Shown in pieces: positions 57,691 to 64,000 of a stretch of DNA of 64,000 bases. The DNA is taken from positions 12,993 through 76,992 of the forward strand of contig SCTS01000002.1 of the NCBI GenBank assembly GCA_004322365.1, read 5' to 3'. The notes under the pieces were generated by a model that ran no database searches, was not told the origin of the DNA, and saw only the letters and a program-made list of their open reading frames with translations. Origin of the DNA: Patescibacteria group bacterium. GTDB taxonomy: Bacteria > Patescibacteriota > Minisyncoccia > Phycocordibacterales > Phycocordibacteraceae. The position numbers and the translations under genes were made by a program. Position 1 is the stretch's first letter. Every line of letters starts with the position of its first letter.

Positions 57691-58128
57691 TCAAGCAAGC
57701 AAACGAGCCTTGCCGGCTCGTTTGCTTGGTGCTCTGTTTCTTCTCCCATTTCCTTTGTTAAGAGCCGCGTACGTAGGACTCAATGAATCACAATTCGGAC
57801 AAATCAGTCGTAAATTTGATTCTCTATTGCTTTGCCAATTCCCGTCAATATGATCCGCCACCAGAGGCACACGTCCTGTTTTGGAATTCACTTCTGCCCA
57901 TCCGCACAAGCAACACTTATTACCAAATTTCCTTCGTAAGTATTTTTTAATCGCATTACTGACTATACCTGTACTTCGTAAACCAGTTCGTTTTCCTCGT
58001 TTCCAATTCTCGATATATACCCGATATTCATGCTCGCCTTGACACACATTACTGCAGTACTTGTAACCGGCACGATCCGGCTCTGCGCCACAAGCTAGGC
58101 ATGGAGTTCTGGGCTTCTTAGGATTCAC
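57691..58128 (-). CDS. HNH endonuclease family protein
   Basis: Two Cys pairs (CLACG, CLCGW..CPNC) and HIDGNWQSNRESNLRLICPNCD HNH motif; 145 aa; immediately upstream of tRNA-Thr(CGU). Confidence 0.6.
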   Translation of the reverse strand: MNPKKPRTPCLACGAEPDRAGYKYCSNVCQGEHEYRVYIENWKRGKRTGLRSTGIVSNAIKKYLRRKFGNKCCLCGWAEVNSKTGRVPLVADHIDGNWQSNRESNLRLICPNCDSLSPTYAALNKGNGRRNRAPSKRAGKARLLA

Positions 58129-58232
58129 TAAGCCATTTTAACTCAATATGCGACCTAAAATAATTTAATTACTGGTCGTATGTTGATAAATCTTGAGCCA
58201 ATGATCCCGCTCCCAATGTTACTATTACACCC

Positions 58233-59807
58233 GTGATTGAAGTTGCTATCTTTTTTGCAAACGCAGCGATTCTCGCACTTGAAATAGTTGGTGGTAGATC
58301 TCTTACTCCTTACTTTGGTTCTTCCGCAGAAGTGTGGGCTGGCATTCTTGCTGTTGTTCTTGCTGGCCTTGCAATAGGATATCGGGCTGGCGGAATATTT
58401 GCTGATCGTGCAAAAGACGAACAACGCCTCCGCACACTACTAGCAATAACACTCGGAGGTGCGGGTATAGCAATTGCCACAACATGGATGGTAGCTGATG
58501 CATTTGCAATTGTTGGCACCGCACTAGCACAAAGCGCAGGTCTTACTGTGGGTGCTGCGACAGTTGCACTCTTCCTTTTATTCCCAGCAAGTATTCTTCT
58601 TGCGGCAGTCTCCCCTATTGCAGCAAAAATTCGTATCCGTTCTCTTGCAGACTCTGCGAGTGTCGTCGGACGTTTGTCCGCCATCGCGGCAATCGGAAGT
58701 GTCGCTGGGTCACTCATCACTGGCATTGTTCTCATTCCAAATGTGGGCTCAAAGGAATCAATTATTGGTATTGGAATCAGTCTCATCGTTCTTGCGATTC
58801 TTCTCAGCACCAAAGGGAAGAGAGTGACTATGACTACTCTCTTTGTTTTCTTTATAGGTGCATTAATAAGTACACACCTAGTCTTCGCTTCAAGTGCCGC
58901 CGGAGCAGTAGTGGGGACACTCGTTGCCGATATCGACACTCGTTACAATCGTATGTGGATTATTGATGCACCCCACAGAGAGGGCGACACATACCTCCGC
59001 GTAGTGCGTACCGACCCAAATAGCACACAGTGCGGAGCACTCATGAAAGGCAATGCTCCAACAGACGCAGATGAAACTCCTATTTTCCAGTACACAAAAG
59101 CATTTGATGCTGTGTTTCGTGCAATACCAGAACCAGAACACATACTCATCATTGGTGGGTGTAACTATTCATACCCCCGACACACAGCGCGTATCGCACC
59201 AAAGGCCACCATTGATGTTGTGGAACTTGATCCAGGGATGACGGCAATGGCAGAGCGTTGGTTTGGTTTTGTTCGTCCACCTACCATGAACATCTTTCAT
59301 GCAGATGGACGCACATTTCTGAATGAGGCGGGCGATGGGAAAAAACAATACGACATTGTTTTTATAGACGCCTATAATTCGATCCTTTCAATTCCCTATC
59401 AGCTTATGACACAAGAAGCATTCGAGAAATTACGCCATTCACTTGCTCCAGGGGGAATCGTAGTCTTCAATATTATCGGCACCTTTGAAGGCAAGGGTAG
59501 TCCATACCTTGGAAGTGTATTGGCAACCTTGCGTACAAGCTTCACGCATGTGGAAGTATTCCGCATCAAAGATGTACCACTTAGTACTACACAAAATATT
59601 ATCGTCATGGCGAGCGCCGATGAGATGGGTCGCGAATTACTGACACACGCAATCGGAGAAAGTGGAGTACCGACTCTCACCCAATACCCGGTAACACTGC
59701 GACGAATGCCTAATGAAAAAATTAATTCTGGCGGGGCACTTGTTCTCACCGACAACTACGCCCCCGTTGAAGCACTGACAAAACCACTTCGAGAGCGACG
59801 TTACTAA
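58233..59807 (+). CDS. Spermidine synthase-like aminopropyltransferase fused to an N-terminal multi-TM domain
   Basis: N-terminal about 220 aa with 6-7 TM helices. C-terminal LIIGGCNYSYPRH...DIVFIDAY resembles the spermidine synthase GGGDG / D-x-x-D region; GTG start. Confidence 0.6.
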   Translation: MIEVAIFFANAAILALEIVGGRSLTPYFGSSAEVWAGILAVVLAGLAIGYRAGGIFADRAKDEQRLRTLLAITLGGAGIAIATTWMVADAFAIVGTALAQSAGLTVGAATVALFLLFPASILLAAVSPIAAKIRIRSLADSASVVGRLSAIAAIGSVAGSLITGIVLIPNVGSKESIIGIGISLIVLAILLSTKGKRVTMTTLFVFFIGALISTHLVFASSAAGAVVGTLVADIDTRYNRMWIIDAPHREGDTYLRVVRTDPNSTQCGALMKGNAPTDADETPIFQYTKAFDAVFRAIPEPEHILIIGGCNYSYPRHTARIAPKATIDVVELDPGMTAMAERWFGFVRPPTMNIFHADGRTFLNEAGDGKKQYDIVFIDAYNSILSIPYQLMTQEAFEKLRHSLAPGGIVVFNIIGTFEGKGSPYLGSVLATLRTSFTHVEVFRIKDVPLSTTQNIIVMASADEMGRELLTHAIGESGVPTLTQYPVTLRRMPNEKINSGGALVLTDNYAPVEALTKPLRERRY

Positions 59808-59828
59808 AATCAGCGGGAGTTCGACTAT

Positions 59829-60824
59829 TTAACGACCTGCAATAAAGGTCGCATCAAATGCCCACGCCGTTGCACGGTCAATCTCTTCTTGAGTAAGAAT
59901 ATTTTCTTTGAGCAAAAAAGCTTCTTCGTCGGCTAAGTTGGACTGATACATTTCTGGTCCATCAGTATTAATGGTGAACTTCACCCCACTATCAACAAAT
60001 GTACGGAGAGTGGAGCGCAATTCATCGACACTTTTAATAATGCTATTTTTCAAATTTGATGTTGGACAAATTTCAAGTGTTATTCCAGATTCACGCACAA
60101 GCTCCATGAGCGATGGATCTTGTGCTGCTAATACGCCGTGCCCGATTCTCTGTGGCTTTATTGTAGTTACTACATAGCGCATTTCATCAATGGAACCTTC
60201 TTCTCCTGTATGAATAGTGACACCTAAGCCTGCGTCGCGCGCACGGGAAAATAAAGGAGCATGTGCCTCCATAGAAAAATCTGTTACATGAGGACCGGCA
60301 ATATCAATACCAACAACGCCGTCCTTAGCGTAGCGAATTGCTTTGTTCAAAATAATCTCATTTTGTTCAAACGAAAAACGACGATCCATCGAAAGAAGAA
60401 TACCCGCTTTAACTTGAGGGTACTCTAGAAGTGCACGATCCATCCCCCGGAGTCCTGCACTAATGATGTGATCGAGATCTCGCTCACCAGAGCGGTTACG
60501 ACGCATAGGATTAAAGCGAAGCTCTTGCAACACAATATTGCACTTTCTATATCCCCCACCAATGACTGAGTGCACTGACACCTCAAGAGCTTCTGGTGAT
60601 GATTGAATTCTCTCTGTCCACTCAAAGTATTTACGGTCCATTTCTTCGAGCGAAGTGTTTCGCTCGTCCGCAGACATAGTGATCATCGCTTCAAAATCCC
60701 AATAGTCTTTAGAAGGGAGTTTTATTCCTTGCTGATGAGCAATTGTCCACATAATGACGGGATCCACGGATGAGCCGAGGTGCGAGTGGAGTTCCGCTCG
60801 TTTTTTCATCATGCGGTGCGTCAT
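59829..60824 (-). CDS. Adenosine/adenine deaminase family metallohydrolase
   Basis: ELHSHLGSS (HxH zinc motif), HTGE, INTDGPEM (compare SLNTDDP) signatures; 331 aa. Confidence 0.65.
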   Translation of the reverse strand: MTHRMMKKRAELHSHLGSSVDPVIMWTIAHQQGIKLPSKDYWDFEAMITMSADERNTSLEEMDRKYFEWTERIQSSPEALEVSVHSVIGGGYRKCNIVLQELRFNPMRRNRSGERDLDHIISAGLRGMDRALLEYPQVKAGILLSMDRRFSFEQNEIILNKAIRYAKDGVVGIDIAGPHVTDFSMEAHAPLFSRARDAGLGVTIHTGEEGSIDEMRYVVTTIKPQRIGHGVLAAQDPSLMELVRESGITLEICPTSNLKNSIIKSVDELRSTLRTFVDSGVKFTINTDGPEMYQSNLADEEAFLLKENILTQEEIDRATAWAFDATFIAGR

Positions 60825-60887
60825 ATAGAGATATACGAACCTTGTTCGTATCGTATTTTTATACTATCACAAAGCACTTAAAATTCT

Positions 60888-60907
60888 GAGCCGATGGTCG
60901 GAATTGG
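60888..60907 (-). repeat. Partial duplicate (20 nt) of the 3' end of tRNA-Thr(GGU), 121 bp from the intact gene
   Basis: GAGCCGATGGTCGGAATTG at 60888-60907 equals the T-arm/acceptor 3' segment at 61031-61049 of the tRNA; read directly. Confidence 0.6.
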
Positions 60908-61028
60908 CGTCAAGTCACTAAGCTCGAAGACTCACTAAGTGCTTCCTGCCCGACCTCGCCTGCCGTACACGGCATGGCTCCGGTTTTCAATTCCGAACAT
61001 ACGCAAAGCAGTTTGCGTATTCCATTCG

Positions 61029-61104
61029 CTGGAGCCGATGGTCGGAATTGAACCGACGACCCCGTCCTTACCATGGACGTGCTCTACCAACTGAGCTACA
61101 TCGG
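61029..61104 (-). tRNA. tRNA-Thr (anticodon GGU), CCA encoded
   Basis: Hand-folded: acceptor GCCGAUG/CAUCGGC, D-arm GCUC-AGUUGGUA-GAGC, anticodon stem CGUCC/GGACG with loop AUGGUAA, T-arm GUCGG-UUCAAUU-CCGAC. Confidence 0.85.
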
Positions 61105-61305
61105 CGAGTGAGGGAGAAAATAAAGAACTTGTTCTTATTTTTCCCGAACGAAGCCGATGAAAGCTTTGCTTACAGTGGCGAAATTCTTCTTAGAACTTTG
61201 CGAGAAGCTTAGCTTACATCGACCCCCTTATTGTATTTGAACTGCAGGTAGAAAGTACCATAGAAACAAGGCAAATTCACCTTTTGAGAATGCTAAAATA
61301 CTCCT

Positions 61306-61851
61306 GTGCTCAAACATTACCCCCGCTTCACTACTATTGCTCTTTCCTATGTTGCCGCAGGATTATTATTCTTTTTTCTCGGGCCGTCATTTTTTCAAAC
61401 ACTCATACTGCCATTTGGCATCTTTGGGGTCATCGTCGCCGGAGCTCTTTACACATACAGCTTCACTACAGCCATCGGTGCCTTACTCTTAATCGCACTC
61501 ATTCCCTATCATCCGATAGGAGTCATGGCAGTCGTCGGTGGCATCGGTGCCACTCTTGCCGATTTCACTATTTTCAAATTCGTCCGTGATGATTTAAAAA
61601 AAGAAGTACGACGTTTTGGTGCATCAAAGATGATACAAAATGTATGCTCAGCCAACGGTATTCTGTGTAAAAAATGGATGCGTAACTTGCTTGGTACTCT
61701 CATTATGGCTTCTCCATTTCCTGACGAACTCGGCATTGCAATGATGAGTACTACAAAAATGAAACGGGAGACATTCCTCCTTCTTGCATTTATTGTAGAT
61801 GTAGTTGGTATCTACCTTTTATTGTTCACTGCGAATGCACTATTGCCGTAG
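61306..61851 (+). CDS. Hypothetical membrane protein (about 5 TM)
   Basis: Hydrophobic ORF; GTG start; no recognizable motif. The alternative overlapping ORF 61284-61589 is Cys/Arg-rich and unlikely to be real. Confidence 0.35.
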   Translation: MLKHYPRFTTIALSYVAAGLLFFFLGPSFFQTLILPFGIFGVIVAGALYTYSFTTAIGALLLIALIPYHPIGVMAVVGGIGATLADFTIFKFVRDDLKKEVRRFGASKMIQNVCSANGILCKKWMRNLLGTLIMASPFPDELGIAMMSTTKMKRETFLLLAFIVDVVGIYLLLFTANALLP

Positions 61852-62033
61852 AAGATGGAGCTGATGGGTTTGATCACAAATATTTCCTCGCCGTCGCTCG
61901 GAAATTTCGCGACCTCCTCTCGGTACGATTTTCTAATCGCCAGCTCGCCTGTTTTGGTTACTACCAAAACATGGCTCCGCTTGTCAGCATCCAACGCAGG
62001 CAAAACTATTTGCCTGCTTCAGCCACGCAAGCA

Positions 62034-62058
62034 AAAATCCCCTTTCGGGGATTTTTTT
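62034..62058. terminator. Rho-independent terminator hairpin AAAAATCCCC-TTTC-GGGGATTTTTTT downstream of tRNA-Asp
   Basis: Perfect 8-bp stem (AAATCCCC/GGGGATTT) with flanking A-run and T-run; read directly. Confidence 0.7.
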
Positions 62059-62059
62059 G

Positions 62060-62131
62060 CGCGGCTGATGGGTGCTGACCCCACGACCTCCCGCGTGACA
62101 GGCGGGTGCTCTACCGTTGAGCTACAGCCGC
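62060..62131 (-). tRNA. tRNA-Asp (anticodon GUC) with non-canonical T-loop
   Basis: Acceptor GCGGCUG/CAGCCGC, D-arm GCUC-AACGGUA-GAGC, anticodon stem CCCGC/GCGGG with loop CUGUCAC, T-stem GUGGG/CCCAU with loop GUCAGCA instead of UUCGAAU; G73, no CCA. Confidence 0.6.
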
Positions 62132-62324
62132 AAACGAGGAGGAGAATAAGACGCTTGCGTATATTCTCTCCGAGTGCCGTGACTGTATGCTTACATACAG
62201 CCGCAAATGAAGAGATAGTAAGCGTTTGCGATTACTATCTCTGGCTACCAACTATATGTACTCATACAGCCGTAGTAGAGAAGAATACTTCAAAATAAGG
62301 CTCTTTTCAATGCCCTGCTTCGCT

Positions 62325-62399
62325 TGGTGCCGGTGGGTGGAGTCGCGCCACCGTCTAGGGTTTATGAGTCCCTCGTTCTGACTCTTGAACTACACCGGC
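62325..62399 (-). tRNA. tRNA-Met/Ile2 (anticodon CAU) with unusual T-loop, CCA encoded
   Basis: Acceptor GCCGGUG/CACCGGC, D-stem GUUC/GAAC, anticodon loop CUCAUAA, T-arm GGUGG-CGCGACU-CCACC, ACCA 3' end. The 5' end overlaps the stop codon of the upstream ORF by about 10 nt. Confidence 0.55.
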
Positions 62400-63079
62400 T
62401 TTACTACTACCTCGAACGCCCTCTGGATAAGGCCGAGAATACGATACTTACTGTCGGTTCCCTTGAGTACCCGGAGAGCTAGTACACCATAATACATATT
62501 CCTGTTTTCGTAAATTTTTTTGTTCCTGGGAAGAAAAATTACTTTAGTGAATTGTGACTTTGGGAGATTAAGAGTTTTTGACCAATATGCTAACAAAAGC
62601 CTTTCCCTGTCACGGTGAGTGTCACTTATAAAAATTTGGGGCCTGAAATTACCCCTCGAAATACCGAGAAATTCTTCAAACCACCGCATTGCAATAAGAA
62701 TGATGCGATAGTCTGAATTAGTTATTCCCATCGGGCTTTTGTCAGCTTTGACACCCTCACCCCAATACAATCCTAAACCAAGAAAAAATAATTCTTTGGG
62801 AGTCAGCAAATGCATATTTTTATGAGCATCTCCGTTCCAATATTCAATGCGCCTTAATCTCTTTTCTTTATTCACCAAAGCCCCTTTTAAACGACCAGTA
62901 TGCCCAGCCAATACCATCTTCCTAAAAAGACGTTTACGTTGTGCCTCTGTCAGAGCAATATCCCTAACCCAAAAACTCACTGTACTTTTTGGGACTTGCA
63001 GTTTTACACTTATATCTTTCACGCTTTCCCCTTGCCGACGAAGGGCTATCGCCGAAATTTTCTTTGCAGAGTTAGCCAT
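62390..63079 (-). CDS. HTH-domain protein with LAGLIDADG-like motif (possible free-standing homing-endonuclease-like protein)
   Basis: N-terminal HTH (ISAIALRRQGESVKDISVKLQVPKSTVSFWVRDI); central FFLGLGLYWGEGVK resembles a single LAGLIDADG motif; 229 aa; abuts tRNA-Met. Confidence 0.3.
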   Translation of the reverse strand: MANSAKKISAIALRRQGESVKDISVKLQVPKSTVSFWVRDIALTEAQRKRLFRKMVLAGHTGRLKGALVNKEKRLRRIEYWNGDAHKNMHLLTPKELFFLGLGLYWGEGVKADKSPMGITNSDYRIILIAMRWFEEFLGISRGNFRPQIFISDTHRDRERLLLAYWSKTLNLPKSQFTKVIFLPRNKKIYENRNMYYGVLALRVLKGTDSKYRILGLIQRAFEVVVKPV

Positions 63080-63145
63080 AGACTTATACCAACATTATAA
63101 CGGCGGTACAATTCACTCTATCCACAAGACTACTTCGTGCAACTT

Positions 63146-63826
63146 TCAACTCTTCCTCAAAAGTGTTTCTGCTACCGCAACATCTTCAGGGTAGGTCACA
63201 GTAATCCATTGATTCTGACGAACAACGGCCACAGGCTTTTCTTTTGCGATTACTGAAAGCATGTCGGTTAAGAAATACTCACCAAGTCGTGGGTGAGGAA
63301 ACGGAGTGATTGAAAACATATCAGGAGAAAGTATCATTGCGCCAGAATTGACCAGATTACCGACAGGATTTTCTGGCTTCTCAATTACCTCTTTCAGGGT
63401 GCCATCTTGATTCAATGCAACAACACCATAGCGTTCTGGATGCTCTTTCTCTGCCACAAAAAGACAGTATTCATATTCAGTGCCTTTTGTGAAAGCCTGC
63501 TTGTCTCCAATATCATCACCATAGAGCATGATGAATTTTTCGTTGATGAGCTCTTTTGCCAAATATACTGCATTCCAAGTTCCAATTTGTTTTTCTTGAA
63601 CAATATAATGAACAGACCTCCCTCTCCATTCACTGCCAAAATACTCCTGTATTTTTTCTCCCTTGTACCCAATGATGATAATGATATCCGTCACTGCATC
63701 AGGGAGTTGCTCTAGTACATATTCCAACAACGGCTTCCCATTAAGAAGCACCATGCCTTTAGGCTTGTCATCTGTGAGTGGACGAAGGCGTTGCCCCTCT
63801 CCACCTGCGAGTATTAATGCTTGCAT
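63146..63826 (-). CDS. Sugar-phosphate nucleotidyltransferase (NTP_transferase family)
   Basis: MQALILAGGEGQRLRPLTDDKPKGMV signature; start set at the internal Met. Confidence 0.6.
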   Translation of the reverse strand: MQALILAGGEGQRLRPLTDDKPKGMVLLNGKPLLEYVLEQLPDAVTDIIIIIGYKGEKIQEYFGSEWRGRSVHYIVQEKQIGTWNAVYLAKELINEKFIMLYGDDIGDKQAFTKGTEYEYCLFVAEKEHPERYGVVALNQDGTLKEVIEKPENPVGNLVNSGAMILSPDMFSITPFPHPRLGEYFLTDMLSVIAKEKPVAVVRQNQWITVTYPEDVAVAETLLRKS

Positions 63827-64000
63827 TACCCTACGATAATAACCCAAAAAACTAAATCATGTTGCGGGGCCAGGATTCTCTCCCTACAGGAGCTGTACAC
63901 CTTTGCTATTTTCTCAAAGCAAAGCTTCTCAAAAATATAACAAAGGACTTCGAATCCTGACGCGAGACGACCGCTCGTCTCGCTGCCCTCGCAAAAGCTA

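Noticed and set aside
57590-57694. N-terminal 35 codons of the track ORF 57368-57694 (MIVLLSFSFARVAQLVEHLTRNEKVGGPIPPSGSK)
   Set aside because: This stretch is the reverse-strand sequence of tRNA-Thr(CGU) itself (57592-57667). The DUF1653 homology begins only at the internal Met, so the protein start was moved to 57589.
58155-58424. 89-aa minus-strand ORF overlapping the start of the spermidine-synthase fusion gene
   Set aside because: Overlaps the hydrophobic N-terminal domain of a supported plus-strand gene; Cys/Lys-rich, no motifs.

Overview
This 64-kb window looks like a Candidate Phyla Radiation / Patescibacteria-type genome: standard genetic code with TGA used as a stop, GC near 47%, small genes, and many short stop/start overlaps.

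Main content, left to right:
- 1-713: a partial murB.
- ~1.1-37.5 kb: a large cell-surface glycan / glycoconjugate biosynthesis island, about 29 kb of it (8.5-37.5 kb) co-directional on the minus strand. It holds an O-antigen-ligase (Wzy_C)+TPR membrane protein, two GT-C membrane glycosyltransferases, GtrA and a GtrB-like GT2, a Wzx flippase, at least eight GT4/GT-B and two GT2 transferases, and five SAM-dependent methyltransferases (one a TylCIII-type sugar C-methyltransferase). It also carries two nucleotide-sugar routes: a GDP-mannose route (ManC-like, Gmd) and a dTDP-deoxysugar route (RmlA-like, RmlB, a putative 2,3-dehydratase, a Gfo/Idh/MocA reductase, an RmlD-like reductase). Also present: an FdtA-like cupin, two SDR epimerases, a C-terminally truncated UDP-glucose-dehydrogenase homolog, a HAD hydrolase, and tandem YvcK/CofD paralogs.
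- ~37.5-45.3 kb: a lamin-tail-domain surface protein, a TraG/VirD4-like P-loop protein with a degenerate Walker A, a PaaX-family regulator flanked by three copies of a 42-bp palindrome, and an operon encoding a membrane protein plus a 1006-aa secreted LCAT/PGAP1-like alpha/beta hydrolase.
- ~45.3-64 kb: P-loop kinases, a Nudix hydrolase, an EEP phosphatase, and housekeeping genes (IMPDH-family, purN, metK, a type IV pilin, pyrG, ftsEX, a short prfB, a spermidine-synthase fusion, adenosine deaminase). Five tRNAs (Gln, Thr x2, Asp, Met) sit among HNH, GIY-YIG and LAGLIDADG-like homing-endonuclease-type genes.

Recurring non-coding signals:
- A REP-like motif GTATACCCCCACACC, including a perfect 20-bp inverted pair.
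- Three 42-bp operator-like palindromes.
- Several intergenic heptamer (TAG-periodic) tandem repeats.
- Two tRNAs with non-canonical T-loops.
- A partial tRNA-Thr 3' duplication.

All functional calls are by eye from motifs and domain architecture; no database searches were run.
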